Notes under the pieces: model-generated
Seen by the model: the letters and a program-made list of their open reading frames with translations, nothing else
What the model was told of the DNA's origin: nothing
Database searches by the model: none
Source: an uncultured virus (IMG/VR IMGVR_UViG_3300046474_000019)
Lineage: Duplodnaviria; Heunggongvirae; Uroviricota; Caudoviricetes
IMG/VR virus record: IMGVR_UViG_3300046474_000019
Length of the DNA: 64,000 bases
Reading direction: 5' to 3' (one strand)
Translations under genes and position numbers: made by a program
In this document: positions 26,485 to 36,690 of the stretch, piece after piece
Layout: the number at the start of each line of letters is the position of its first letter
Position numbering within the stretch: the first letter of the stretch is position 1

Positions 26485-29196
26485 ATGGACCTGATTAAAT
26501 ATGACATGACGGACATTTGGGCCGTCGCTGGCGACGTAGTTGCCCCAGACTCTGTTAAAGTAAGAGCAGGTTGGGGTGTTGAAGTTGTTCCTCGTCAATG
26601 GTGGAACTGGTTCGAAAACCGTCAAGACAACAACATTGCCTACATGCTTCAAAAAGGTTTCCCTGAGTGGGATGACACAACTGAATACATTATCAACAAG
26701 TCCTACGTGCAACGTAACGGTATTGTCTATCGTGCCACTGCTACAAGCACAAACTCCGACCCAATTGCATTGACAAGCTGGGTAAAAGCTTTTATGGATT
26801 CTGCTCCATACCTAGAACTGCTTAAAGCTCTTTCTGTGTCCAACAACACAATGCCGTACATTGATGGTACTGGAGTTGCACAGAACACTGCTACAACAGC
26901 CTACGGACGTAGTGTTCTTAACGTAGCTGACGCTGCTGCTGCTCGTACTCTGTTTGCTGCTCAAGTATCTCATGCCAACCTTACTGGTTTGTCTAGCGTG
27001 TCTGGCTCTGCCAACAACCTGCCATACTTCACTGGCTCTGGTAACATGGCTGTTACAACCTTCACTGGCTTTGCTCGCTCTCTATTGGATGATACTGATG
27101 CCGCTGCAATGCGTGCAACTCTTGGTGTTTACAGCACAACAGAAGCTGACACAGCACTGACTAACGGGCTTAACACTCGCCAGCCACTGGACGCAACACT
27201 GACAGCTCTAGCTGGATTGGCAACTGGTGCAAACCAACTTGCGTACTCCACAGGTACTGACACCTTTGCTCAAACACCTTTGACAGTATTCGCACGTTCC
27301 ATCTTGGACGACGCTGATGCCGTAACTGTTCGTAGTACAATTGGTGCTGACGATGCGGCTAACTTGACAACTGGACTTCTGGCCTTGGCCCGTCTTCCAG
27401 CGACTCTGACAGGTAAGAACTCTTCTACAGCAACTGCTTTGGAAACAGCTCGTACAATTCAAGGTGTTTCTTTTAATGGTACAGCAAACATTACATTGTC
27501 TGTAGTTGATAAAGATAGTGGCACTGGCTCTGCTGCACTTCCTGCTGGTACATCTGCTCAACGTACTGCGTCTCCTGCAAACGGTATGCTTCGTTACAAC
27601 AGCGAAACAAACGAATTTGAAGGATACCAGAATGGTGCATGGGCTGGTATTGGGGGTGGTACTCCACTGTACACTGTACTTTGGTGGCCTAACCGTGCTT
27701 CGATTCCTGCTGGATATATCCCTGCTGACGGACAACTGCTGACACGTACAAGCTATCAAGCTGCATTTGCTGGTGTTAACTCTGGAATCCTTCCTGTAGT
27801 TTCTGATGCAACATGGTTGGCAACATCGACAAGCCGTGGTTGCTATACAACAGGTAACGGAACAACAACCTTCCGTATTCCAGACTTGAACGGTAAGACT
27901 GCTGGCACAACTGCTGCTCCATTCCTACGTGGTGATGGTACAAACTCTACAGGGATCGCTGGTAACTTCCAAGCTTCTGATAACTTAGCTCACACGCACG
28001 CGACAACGTATGACACGGTTACGGATCTATTCGCTGGTGGTGGTATCAGTAGAACATTTGTACAAGCTTATGACTCTTCTAATAATGTGGCTACACTCTC
28101 GTCTGGTGGAGTTGAATCTCGTCCAGTTAACGTAACTGGTGTGTTCGTAATCAAGTTGATTGGTGGTGCTTCTGAACTATCGCAAGACGATGCTTCTGTA
28201 GCAGTTGCTGCACTTGATGCGCGTGTTTCTGCTCTTAGTAACCGTAACCGTATTATCAACGGAGCTTCTTTCATTGCACAACGTGGTAGCGGAGTATTTT
28301 CAAATGGCCTCTCTGGATACGGCGGCCCAGATAGATTCTTTACTATCAACTCTGGGGGTGGTGGTCAATTTACACAATCACAAGGCACTCTTGTGTATGG
28401 GGGTGTAACCAAATACTGTGTTACACAGACTGTAAACTCCGTAGTAACTGACCTATCTGGTGTTAAATTCTGGGGTGGAATCCAACAATCCATCGAAGGG
28501 CTCAACTCTTACGACTTACTTGGTAAGCCTGTAACTGTATCTTTCTTGTTCAAAGCTAGCGTCACTGGGACATATTCTGTAGCTGTTCGTGATGCAGCAA
28601 CGACAGCAAACTCCTACATTACAACATTCGCAGCTACTGCCGGAGTTGTGACTAAAGTTATTGTAAACGTTCCGGCTATCCCAATTGGGGCTAATATTCC
28701 AAATACGCAGGCCCAAGGTCTTCAAGTTTGGATTGGCGCCATTAACAGCGGGACTTATAATACTGCTACAACAGGAGCATGGTTGTCCGGCAGCTTTATC
28801 TGTGCATCTACAGCGGCATTGTGGGGTACAACAGCAGGTGCAAATATTTCGGTAACAGAGTTGCAGTTGGAAGTCGGACCTGACGCCACATCGTTTGAAT
28901 ATAGAAACCAAACCCAAGAGCGCTCTATGTGTCAACGTTACTATCAAACCGTCACAGTATCTGCAAGGTTCCCAGCGACTGCCGGTAGCCAACTAATAAG
29001 CCATAGTATTATGTTTCCAGTTGTTATGCGTGCCACTCCAACTGCAACTCTGACAACATCTGGAAGTATTCAAAACCTAGCGGCGGCGAGCTTGTCTGCA
29101 CCTGAGTCTCTGTCTGCTAGATTTGAAATCCAATCTACCTCGGCAGGGGATTGCTACGCCCTTAACCGGGGTTACGCATTGGACTCTGAAATTTAA
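26485..29196 (+). CDS. long tail fibre
   Basis: 903 aa; ARTIQGVSFNGTANI, collar-like FRIPDLNG...ESRPVN; C-terminal NRIING...CQRYY domain. Confidence 0.88.
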   Translation: MDLIKYDMTDIWAVAGDVVAPDSVKVRAGWGVEVVPRQWWNWFENRQDNNIAYMLQKGFPEWDDTTEYIINKSYVQRNGIVYRATATSTNSDPIALTSWVKAFMDSAPYLELLKALSVSNNTMPYIDGTGVAQNTATTAYGRSVLNVADAAAARTLFAAQVSHANLTGLSSVSGSANNLPYFTGSGNMAVTTFTGFARSLLDDTDAAAMRATLGVYSTTEADTALTNGLNTRQPLDATLTALAGLATGANQLAYSTGTDTFAQTPLTVFARSILDDADAVTVRSTIGADDAANLTTGLLALARLPATLTGKNSSTATALETARTIQGVSFNGTANITLSVVDKDSGTGSAALPAGTSAQRTASPANGMLRYNSETNEFEGYQNGAWAGIGGGTPLYTVLWWPNRASIPAGYIPADGQLLTRTSYQAAFAGVNSGILPVVSDATWLATSTSRGCYTTGNGTTTFRIPDLNGKTAGTTAAPFLRGDGTNSTGIAGNFQASDNLAHTHATTYDTVTDLFAGGGISRTFVQAYDSSNNVATLSSGGVESRPVNVTGVFVIKLIGGASELSQDDASVAVAALDARVSALSNRNRIINGASFIAQRGSGVFSNGLSGYGGPDRFFTINSGGGGQFTQSQGTLVYGGVTKYCVTQTVNSVVTDLSGVKFWGGIQQSIEGLNSYDLLGKPVTVSFLFKASVTGTYSVAVRDAATTANSYITTFAATAGVVTKVIVNVPAIPIGANIPNTQAQGLQVWIGAINSGTYNTATTGAWLSGSFICASTAALWGTTAGANISVTELQLEVGPDATSFEYRNQTQERSMCQRYYQTVTVSARFPATAGSQLISHSIMFPVVMRATPTATLTTSGSIQNLAAASLSAPESLSARFEIQSTSAGDCYALNRGYALDSEI

Positions 29197-29210
29197 CAGG
29201 AGATAAAATT

Positions 29211-29558
29211 ATGTACAAACTAAAAGGGGAAGGTGTTATGCACCTTCCAAGTGAAATGCACATTCCGTTTGCAGAAGGTAATAGACACTATGTTCAATAC
29301 CTTGAATGGTTGGCAGAAGGTAATACTCCTGAACCTGAAATTGGTGAAGCCGAGTTGAATGCTCGGCTCGAACTGAAAGCCCGTGATCTTCGTAACGCTG
29401 AACTAGCACGTGCAGATGTTATGCTCAACAGAGTTCAAGACGGAGAGACTGGAATCGGAACACAGAAGGCTTGGCGAGCATATCGTGTAAGCCTTCGCGA
29501 CTGGCCCTCTACAGAGAGTTTCCCATTGGATGCTCCAGTAGCCCCAGACGCTAAATAA
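29211..29558 (+). CDS. tail fibre assembly chaperone
   Basis: IPFAEGNRHY..YLEWLAEGNTP; WRAYRVSLRDWP. Confidence 0.8.
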   Translation: MYKLKGEGVMHLPSEMHIPFAEGNRHYVQYLEWLAEGNTPEPEIGEAELNARLELKARDLRNAELARADVMLNRVQDGETGIGTQKAWRAYRVSLRDWPSTESFPLDAPVAPDAK

Positions 29559-29562
29559 TTAT

Positions 29563-29585
29563 AGGGGCTGCGGCCCCTTCTTCTA
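29563..29585 (+). terminator. rho-independent terminator
   Basis: AGGGGC-TGCG-GCCCCT then TCTTCT. Confidence 0.6.
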
Positions 29586-29598
29586 TTGGAGAAACTAA

Positions 29599-31071
29599 AT
29601 GGCTAACATTACAAAACCACTTGGCCTAAGCAATGTCTGGGCTGATGGTGGTACAAAGATTGATCCGGGTGCATCCAAGGTCAACATCGGATGGGTTGTC
29701 CAACTTCCACCATACGAATACCAAAACTGGATCGACAACCGTCAAGACCGTGCCATCGCTCACTTCAGCCAGCACGGTGTTCCAGAGTGGGATGGTACAA
29801 CAGAGTACCAAGGGCTTCTAAGCTACACACAAGGCTCTGACGGTATCATCTACAAGTGTATTCAAACTAACACCAACAAAGACCCATCCAACGTACTGAA
29901 CGACGCCTACTGGGCGCGTGCGTTTGAAGACTACGGCTCTGTTGCTGCCGTGCAAGCGGCGTTGAACACTCACATCACAAACTACCAGTCTCTGGCTGGA
30001 ATTGGAAACGTTGCAGGCGCTCGTACAAACCTGTCTGTCTATTCCAAAGTTGAAAGTGATACCCGCTTCGCTGGCTTGAACGGTAGCTCGTCTCAAGTGT
30101 TCGCTGTTGCTGTTGCTACACAACCAGAACATGCCGTGCGTCTCGGCCAAGTTAACAGTTTGCTTACACAAGCAACTGAATCCACACTTGGTGTAGTCAA
30201 GCTCGCAACAACAGGTACTACAGAAACTGGTACAGATGACCTTACAGCCATCACACCGTTGAAAGCCAGTTCGGTATATCTCAAGAAGTCTGGGAACCTT
30301 GCCGGATTGGGTAACGTTGCAACAGCCCGTGCTAACTTGGGACTTGGCGATATCGCCACAATGAGCAGCAACTTGTTCCTTGCACGTGGTAATAACCTAT
30401 CCGACCTCAACAGCCCAGTGATCGCACGTTCCAACCTTGGACTTACATCTACTGCGACTCAGCCGGAAACCTACTTCCTAAGGGCTGCTTTAAACCTAGC
30501 TGATTTGGCTAACGTATCCACAGCTCGTAATAACCTTGGTCTGACAACAGCAGCAACAACCCCGCTTACAACATTCCTCCTGAAAGGTGATAACCTTACT
30601 GGACTGACCAACCTTGCTTCTGCACGTAACAACCTCGGACTCTCTGATGCGGCTATCACGCCAGCCTCTAGCTTCATGTTCCGTGTGAACAACTTGGCAG
30701 ATGTAGCCAATACACAAGCAGCTCGTAACAACCTCGGACTTGGGTCTGCTGCTACAATGAATGCAATTGGTACTACAGGTAGTTTGGACTTCTCTGCTAG
30801 TGGTGGGACCAACGGATGGATGATCCATCCAAACGGTATCATTGAACAGTGGGGTATGTTCGACATGGGTGGTGGAGCAAGTCAGCAGCGAGTTAACTTC
30901 CCTAGAGGATTTAACTCGGCTTGCTGGAACATCACTATGACTCGATTTGAAGCGGCCTCTACTGAAAGTGGTATGCCAACAGTTAAGTCGTTTGATGCGG
31001 GAGGTTTTACATTCCACCACGGATACAGCAATACATACACAGCCTATATGTGGCGAGCTATTGGAGTCTAA
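29599..31071 (+). CDS. second tail fibre
   Basis: ATESTLGVVKLAT, NL..L....AR.NLGL repeats, PNGIIEQWG C-terminal domain. Confidence 0.85.
   Translation: MANITKPLGLSNVWADGGTKIDPGASKVNIGWVVQLPPYEYQNWIDNRQDRAIAHFSQHGVPEWDGTTEYQGLLSYTQGSDGIIYKCIQTNTNKDPSNVLNDAYWARAFEDYGSVAAVQAALNTHITNYQSLAGIGNVAGARTNLSVYSKVESDTRFAGLNGSSSQVFAVAVATQPEHAVRLGQVNSLLTQATESTLGVVKLATTGTTETGTDDLTAITPLKASSVYLKKSGNLAGLGNVATARANLGLGDIATMSSNLFLARGNNLSDLNSPVIARSNLGLTSTATQPETYFLRAALNLADLANVSTARNNLGLTTAATTPLTTFLLKGDNLTGLTNLASARNNLGLSDAAITPASSFMFRVNNLADVANTQAARNNLGLGSAATMNAIGTTGSLDFSASGGTNGWMIHPNGIIEQWGMFDMGGGASQQRVNFPRGFNSACWNITMTRFEAASTESGMPTVKSFDAGGFTFHHGYSNTYTAYMWRAIGV
30274..30760 (+). repeat. about five tandem ~34-aa repeats in tail fibre 2
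   Basis: NLAGLGNVATARANLGL / NLSDLNSPVIARSNLGL / NLADLANVSTARNNLGL / NLTGLTNLASARNNLGL / NLADVANTQAARNNLGL. Confidence 0.8.
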
Positions 31072-31073
31072 TT

Positions 31074-31631
31074 ATGCTAACAGATAACGACTACAAAGTA
31101 GCTGCTGAAACCCTCGGAGTTGAAATTGCATGTGTTAAAGCCGTCACCAAAGTGGAGAGCCGTGGAAGCGGCTTCCTCCCTATTGGGGCTCCTGTGATCC
31201 TGTTTGAGCGTCATTGGATGTATAAACTACTCAAGGCTAAGCTCGGTAAAGAGCCAGCTTTGAGCGACGTTGTAGACCCCAAGGCTGGAGGTTACAAAGG
31301 TGGCACTGCTGAACACACACGTCTGGAGAAGGCTGTAGCAATTGATCGCGAATGTGCATTGCAATCCTGCTCTTGGGGATTGTTCCAAATCATGGGCTTC
31401 CATTGGAAAGCTCTCGGATACCCAAGTGTACAAGCATTCGTTAATGCTGCGTATAAAAGCGAAGGTAGTCAACTGGATATGTTTGTGAGATTCATCAAAA
31501 TCAATCCGGGTATGCTGGCAGCCCTCAAAGCGAAAGAATGGGCCAAGTTTGCCAAGTTGTATAACGGACCTGAATACATGAAGAATAACTATCATACGAA
31601 GTTGGCACTTGCTTACGCCAGTTTTACATAA
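31074..31631 (+). CDS. endolysin, N-acetylmuramidase (DUF3380-like)
   Basis: VESRGSGF, ILFERH, SWGLFQIMGF, FAKLYNGP. Confidence 0.92.
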   Translation: MLTDNDYKVAAETLGVEIACVKAVTKVESRGSGFLPIGAPVILFERHWMYKLLKAKLGKEPALSDVVDPKAGGYKGGTAEHTRLEKAVAIDRECALQSCSWGLFQIMGFHWKALGYPSVQAFVNAAYKSEGSQLDMFVRFIKINPGMLAALKAKEWAKFAKLYNGPEYMKNNYHTKLALAYASFT

Positions 31632-31642
31632 GGAAATACATT

Positions 31643-32476
31643 ATGATCCTAAGTGGAACACTACTACTACCAAATGGACAACCATTTAAAGACTCTTATG
31701 TGAAGCTTATCGCCAAGTCCACATCTGAGCAAGTTTTGAAGAGCGTTGCTGCGGGCTTCCGCACTGATGAAGATGGCGAATATTCTGTTGACTGCCCACT
31801 TGGGAACTACTCTGTAGTGGTTTCTGGTTCTGATGGTGTACAGGTAATTGGTTCGATCGTTATCGACGAGAACACAACAGAAACAAACATCAATGCTCTG
31901 ATCCTCGTTGGGGATGTAGCAGCATCTAATCCGCTTGTACAACAAGTTAGAGAAGATGCAGCAAGTGCGTTGGTTAGTAAGAATGCTGCTGCTGCATCTG
32001 CCGATTTGGCTGCCAGCCTTCTCGCCACAAAAGAGAATACAATCGCTATTGGCACAACCAACCAATACTGGCGTGGGGATAAGACTTTTCAGACTTTAGA
32101 TAAAAGTGCTGTCGGTCTTGGTAGTGTTGATAACACTCCAGACACAAGCAAACCCATTTCAACACTTCAGCAGGTGGGTTTTGATCTGAAGACAGACAAG
32201 TCTGTGTCCCTTTTGAGTTGGGCCTACACACAATCATTCAGATTGGTTTCTTCTACGAGAGACTCTAATGGAGCTATCATCAGCGCCAGTATCATTTGGC
32301 CTGACGATGTTGCAGGCGTGTTTACAACTGATGTTGCAAGTGTCACTTTTCCCGGTGCAATTGACGCTTGGCACGCTACATACTTGGCAACAACTACAAA
32401 GACTATCACACAGCCTGCTGTAACTAGAGACGTTTCTGGTGCAGTGACGGCACAACCAGCAATCATTATTACGTAA
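31643..32476 (+). CDS. prophage tail-fibre N-terminal domain protein
   Basis: LSGTLLLPNGQP...TDEDGEYS; QYWRGDK and VGLGSVDNTPD fibre motifs. Confidence 0.7.
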   Translation: MILSGTLLLPNGQPFKDSYVKLIAKSTSEQVLKSVAAGFRTDEDGEYSVDCPLGNYSVVVSGSDGVQVIGSIVIDENTTETNINALILVGDVAASNPLVQQVREDAASALVSKNAAAASADLAASLLATKENTIAIGTTNQYWRGDKTFQTLDKSAVGLGSVDNTPDTSKPISTLQQVGFDLKTDKSVSLLSWAYTQSFRLVSSTRDSNGAIISASIIWPDDVAGVFTTDVASVTFPGAIDAWHATYLATTTKTITQPAVTRDVSGAVTAQPAIIIT

Positions 32477-32486
32477 GGAGGCTCAC

Positions 32487-33671
32487 ATGAGCATCTTAGA
32501 TGCACCCGGAGTTACCCAAGCACAACTTCTTGCGGCTGTGCCAAAGTCCACACTGAGAAACATCGCAACACGCTGCCGTACTTGTAATCAGAACAGCACT
32601 ACGTACAAGTATATGAACAGTCGAACTCTACACATCAACCGTGGATCGTCGGTTAACTTCATCCAACTTGTTTTTGCCAACTGGTATGCCAGTACAACGT
32701 CGGAAAACTCGTTCGGAACCACTGCGACGATCACCGCCTCGATTGAGTATCCTGCGGGGGTATTCACTCAAGTTAAGTTTTCAGGCGTTGCACAAGGCAC
32801 GATTGCAAACGGAGCCAACATCATTAGTGATAAGTGCTTCATCGGTATTCCAAAGCACGCCACTTTCTGGGTTCGGTCTTATTACACGAATACAGGAGGG
32901 GTTTTCGTTTCCCCGAATAACGTGGTGGCAACCGGTGGAAATGCAGGAGAATACTGCATGGCAGTGGCGACTGGTGGCGTTGATTATACTATGACAGCAG
33001 GTGCAACCAACACGCCTCCATTTACAGGAGCGGCTTACTACCCGTTGGCAGTTTTAGGTATTTCCAATGTTCCTAGTGTCTGCTGCTTTGGGGATAGTCG
33101 CACATCTGGGCAGGGTGATGACTCATCTACTGACTTGGGTATGTTCAACATAGGTGAACTTGGTCGCACTCTTGGTCGTAACTTTCCATACACACTAGTG
33201 GCAACTCCCGGTGATAAGCTGTCTGATTTCGTCACTCGCTACGCAAAACGCGGGGCTTTAGCGGTCTATCACACGCATGTGAACTGGGGCTACGGGATTA
33301 ACGACTTGGGTAACGGCGCTACGGCGGCAGCACTACAGGCAAACTGCGAAACTATGTATGCGGCTTTTTCGGCGTACAAGCAGAGTCAGACAACCCTAAG
33401 CGTGCAGACTTCCTCGACAGATGGATGGGCCACGCAGACGGGTCAGTTTCAAGTCACGTCAAGCCAGCCGAGACTTACGTTCAACACGTGGGTTCGCACA
33501 AAACCATCACCACTCTACGCATTCTTCGATGTTGCCAAGGCAACGCAATACTCTGCGGATCAGTTGCGATGGAAGTTTCCGGGATATACCTTGGACGGAA
33601 CACATGCGACACCCTTAGGCTACGCATCGATCCCAGATTCTGGATTCTTCGATACGTCAGTGATCGTGTAA
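32487..33671 (+). CDS. SGNH/GDSL hydrolase
   Basis: Block I FGDSRT, block III YGINDL, block V DGTH. Confidence 0.82.
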   Translation: MSILDAPGVTQAQLLAAVPKSTLRNIATRCRTCNQNSTTYKYMNSRTLHINRGSSVNFIQLVFANWYASTTSENSFGTTATITASIEYPAGVFTQVKFSGVAQGTIANGANIISDKCFIGIPKHATFWVRSYYTNTGGVFVSPNNVVATGGNAGEYCMAVATGGVDYTMTAGATNTPPFTGAAYYPLAVLGISNVPSVCCFGDSRTSGQGDDSSTDLGMFNIGELGRTLGRNFPYTLVATPGDKLSDFVTRYAKRGALAVYHTHVNWGYGINDLGNGATAAALQANCETMYAAFSAYKQSQTTLSVQTSSTDGWATQTGQFQVTSSQPRLTFNTWVRTKPSPLYAFFDVAKATQYSADQLRWKFPGYTLDGTHATPLGYASIPDSGFFDTSVIV

Positions 33672-33713
33672 CCTATAACAAAAATCATTTATAACCAATA
33701 GTAGAGGTTCCAC

Positions 33714-33911
33714 ATGTCAAAGAAAATGAAGATGGCGCTTGGTATTACAGCAGCTATATTTTTAGCCGCTGAGCCATTGATGATGTTGTGGCAACCTCTT
33801 CTCCCACAAGGATCATATGCAGGGATTGCAACATTCGTAGCTATAGTGCGAGCTGGTTTGGTCTACTACACTACAACTGAGGAAGGAGAAGAAGATGCTA
33901 GCAACTCTTAA
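33714..33911 (+). CDS. putative holin
   Basis: 65 aa, two hydrophobic helices, directly before the spanins. Confidence 0.55.
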   Translation: MSKKMKMALGITAAIFLAAEPLMMLWQPLLPQGSYAGIATFVAIVRAGLVYYTTTEEGEEDASNS

Positions 33912-34317
33912 AACATACTTGATGGTTGGGTTTGTCGTATTGACACTCTCCATCGTAGGGTATTCGTACAAACTACACGGAGACGTTCAAAGGCTTGAAC
34001 AGGAAGTGTCGGTATACATGGCTGCCGTTGAAGCTAACGAGAAAGCAACAGAACAGGCGAAAGCCTCTTGTCTGATATCGATTGACGCTCTGTCTGAGCA
34101 CTACCGCAAGGAGAATGTCCTCAACACTAACCAGCAGGCCACAGGAGACGCGATCCTCGCTCTACCTACGCTGACTATCAAGGAGAAAGCTAATGCAGCT
34201 CCTACGAAGCCTCAGGGCTTTTCTGATGATGACCGCCTTAGTCCTGACCTTATGCAGTTGCTCGACGCAGCGTACTGTTACGGTGACAAAGACGGTTGTG
34301 CTACACCCACCAAGTGA
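33895..34317 (+). CDS. i-spanin (Rz-like)
   Basis: N-terminal TM segment, coiled coil, C-terminal Cys. Confidence 0.75.
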   Translation: MLATLKTYLMVGFVVLTLSIVGYSYKLHGDVQRLEQEVSVYMAAVEANEKATEQAKASCLISIDALSEHYRKENVLNTNQQATGDAILALPTLTIKEKANAAPTKPQGFSDDDRLSPDLMQLLDAAYCYGDKDGCATPTK

Positions 34318-34486
34318 CATGCTTACAGCATGTGTCCCAGAACGTGTTACGGAAGACACTGTTCGTGCATTGGCCCACGGTTACGTGGTCAACACATTCG
34401 AAGTATGGAAGTGTAATAACAAAATTCAATCGTACAAAGATTGGCTAGAACAGCAGGAGAAACTTTATGGCAGCGGCAACAAATGA
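34193..34486 (+). CDS. o-spanin (Rz1-like lipoprotein)
   Basis: Lipobox LCSC; overlaps the i-spanin in another frame; AAGGAG RBS. Confidence 0.8.
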   Translation: MQLLRSLRAFLMMTALVLTLCSCSTQRTVTVTKTVVLHPPSDMLTACVPERVTEDTVRALAHGYVVNTFEVWKCNNKIQSYKDWLEQQEKLYGSGNK

Positions 34487-34763
34487 CATGGTTAAGGCCG
34501 TACTCAACTATGTAGCAGGCGCTCTACTAATGATTTGTGTGGGTGTTGTGGGATACCAGCAATCTCAAATCAATAAGCTGGACGACAGGCTCTACACATT
34601 GCAGGCAACTACTGTAACTGAAGATAAACTTAATACAGCAATCAACAGGCTGTCTTCCGAAATGGACACCAAGATCACAAGTATTCGTAACGAGCAACAA
34701 ATTACGAACAAGTGGTTGGAACGTGTAATGGACAAACTTGAGGGTAGTCACAACAAGAATTAA
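34467..34763 (+). CDS. membrane-anchored coiled-coil protein
   Basis: One TM segment plus coiled coil; CAGGAG RBS. Confidence 0.65.
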   Translation: MAAATNDMVKAVLNYVAGALLMICVGVVGYQQSQINKLDDRLYTLQATTVTEDKLNTAINRLSSEMDTKITSIRNEQQITNKWLERVMDKLEGSHNKN

Positions 34764-34776
34764 CAGGAGTCTCATT

Positions 34777-35100
34777 ATGACAAGAAGAACAGAATGGCCT
34801 TGGATGGCCGCAGTTGGTAGTCTTCTTGCAGCACTCCTATTTTGCATGTATCTTCTGGCTTTCCCCACATATAATAACAAAACGAGCCAACTAGAGTTGG
34901 AAGTAGCGAAGCAGGATTACCAGAGACAGCTCTCGGCCATCGACAGGAAGTACGAATCAAAGATCAATAACCTTCAGGAACAAGTAACTTCTTTGCAGTT
35001 TCTAGCGAATAAGAGATACGAGTTGTTGGATGACGACGTTAAAAGGAATAGACGTGAGATTGATGACCTTAGAGAAAGAATGAAGGCCCGCAAGCAGTGA
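34777..35100 (+). CDS. membrane-anchored coiled-coil protein
   Basis: One TM segment plus coiled coil; CAGGAG RBS. Confidence 0.65.
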   Translation: MTRRTEWPWMAAVGSLLAALLFCMYLLAFPTYNNKTSQLELEVAKQDYQRQLSAIDRKYESKINNLQEQVTSLQFLANKRYELLDDDVKRNRREIDDLRERMKARKQ

Positions 35101-35119
35101 TGCTACGGGCTTTTTTTTT
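35086..35119 (+). terminator. terminator between convergent operons
   Basis: GCCCG...CGGGC followed by a T9 run. Confidence 0.75.
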
Positions 35120-35121
35120 GT

Positions 35122-35310
35122 CTACTTCCAGCGTCCTACGTTGTTCTTTAGTGAACAAACTGGACAAACGATGCGATAATAAGTATCACCTCCACCGCCA
35201 TAGTCACGAACAAACTCTTCAGTGATATCAGTGTAAGTATACTCAAGCACGCTAGAGCAGTGATAACAAGTGACACGTTTATAAGGCGCTGCTTGTACGA
35301 CTTGAACCAT
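35122..35310 (-). CDS. small Zn-ribbon protein
   Basis: CYHC...CPVC; start MVQVVQ. Confidence 0.7.
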   Translation of the reverse strand: MVQVVQAAPYKRVTCYHCSSVLEYTYTDITEEFVRDYGGGGDTYYRIVCPVCSLKNNVGRWK

Positions 35311-35311
35311 T

Positions 35312-35449
35312 TCATTCGTCCTCTTCTGTATAAGGGCGCTGCCCCTCTTCAGTGCAAAGAGGGCAGAACGTCTCGCTGTAGAAAATCTCATGCTCATCGC
35401 ACAAGCTCTTTGGATTGCAACTCTCACAATCAACAACCATGCAACGCAT
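35312..35449 (-). CDS. 45-aa Cys-rich acidic protein
   Basis: MRCMVVDCESC...FCPLCTEE; TAATG overlap with the ligase stop. Confidence 0.6.
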   Translation of the reverse strand: MRCMVVDCESCNPKSLCDEHEIFYSETFCPLCTEEGQRPYTEEDE

Positions 35450-36591
35450 TATTCCTCCTTCAGCAAGTATGCATTGCTGATAACTTTGAACGAGAAGTCA
35501 CGTGTGGTGCTCTTGTAGACAAACCCTTCACGGAATTTACCTTTCAAACCGCTTGGCCCTTCAGCCCGAGTAAGCACTTCAGCAACTGTCGCAGCCTTCA
35601 GAGGGCCAGTGTAGTTAACTGGAACGTGCTTCACACCGTTGTCAGTGCAGAATTTGATTCGCTCAGCGGGCAACATGTAACGCTGCTCATCAATCAGGAA
35701 CACGTCGTAGCAGAAGAATGTGTTCTTGTCAACACCCTCGAAGTTCTTCTGGATAGAAGGCCCGCACATCTCACCTTGAATAGCAATGTTACGACCATCA
35801 CGACGAATTGCTTCGATCAAACCAGCTTCAGTCGCCATCTGTGTGAAAGCGTTGTCGTCTTTCTTGATTACACGCTGCCACTTCGCAGCACGTAGACCGC
35901 GAGAGCGCAGATGGCTAAAGAAAGTAATGGCCGTATCAACCAGCCCACGTTTCTCATCAGCCATACGGAAACCCACGTTACGGCTTGCCACGCCAGCCAC
36001 ACCGTTATTAACAAACGCAGTAAGAGAGCTTCCATCAAGTTTAAACGACTCCTCAAATTCTTCCCCGTCAGCAACAGCCTTAAGGTACATGTGTGTGATG
36101 TTTTGCACGCGGGTTTGGTCAGTCTTTGGCACAAACTTTGGGAAGCCCAGAGCAGTGCTGCCAGTCTTGACACCCATGCCACCAGTGTTATTCATGCTCG
36201 ACTCTTCAGCTTTCTCGTATTTGACGACGCCGAGAGCTTTTGTGACATCATCGCCAACGGCTGCCTTAATACCAGTCTCAGACAACGGCACACAGAAACC
36301 CTGAGACAGTTGCTTACGCAGCTTCATGGTCTTGATACGTGCATGTGTGCGGCCATCCACTACGTGGAGCAGCTTGCTCGACAGTGTTGCCAGAGAGTTG
36401 AAGTATGGCCGCTCAGTATCAAGCAGGGAGTCCACTTCAAAGTATACGGCTGGTGTAACACCCACCTCGTACAAACCTTTCTGCACAACCACTTGCCAGC
36501 CGCCAACGAGGGCAAGCTCAATACGGTCAGCACCTTCGATTGGCAACAGTTGGTCGATCAGGACGACACGGGCCAGAGAACGTTCGCTCAT
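35449..36591 (-). CDS. RNA ligase (DRB0094/Rnl2-like)
   Basis: IEGADRIE, PKTDQTRVQN, KLDGSS, QGEMCGPSIQKN, REGFV, SFKVISN. Confidence 0.9.
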   Translation of the reverse strand: MSERSLARVVLIDQLLPIEGADRIELALVGGWQVVVQKGLYEVGVTPAVYFEVDSLLDTERPYFNSLATLSSKLLHVVDGRTHARIKTMKLRKQLSQGFCVPLSETGIKAAVGDDVTKALGVVKYEKAEESSMNNTGGMGVKTGSTALGFPKFVPKTDQTRVQNITHMYLKAVADGEEFEESFKLDGSSLTAFVNNGVAGVASRNVGFRMADEKRGLVDTAITFFSHLRSRGLRAAKWQRVIKKDDNAFTQMATEAGLIEAIRRDGRNIAIQGEMCGPSIQKNFEGVDKNTFFCYDVFLIDEQRYMLPAERIKFCTDNGVKHVPVNYTGPLKAATVAEVLTRAEGPSGLKGKFREGFVYKSTTRDFSFKVISNAYLLKEE

Positions 36592-36624
36592 TTTTAAAAC
36601 TCCTTTGTGTGTTTGAGGTGGCAG

Positions 36625-36652
36625 AGAATACAGCAAAATCTTATGGTGTCAA
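36625..36652 (-). promoter_or_regulatory. sigma70-like promoter for the RNA ligase
   Basis: TTGACA-N16-TATTCT on the minus strand. Confidence 0.65.
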
Positions 36653-36656
36653 CCCC

Positions 36657-36684
36657 TTGACAGAAGAAGTTTCCATGCTACTAT
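36657..36684 (+). promoter_or_regulatory. sigma70-like promoter driving ncRNA copy B
   Basis: TTGACA-N16-TACTAT with extended TG. Confidence 0.75.
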
Positions 36685-36690
36685 TCATCA

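Noticed and set aside
26900..27360. Three T-x-(F/Y)-x-RS-x-L...DA repeats in the long tail fibre
   Set aside because: Ordinary fibre shaft repeats, not a separate element
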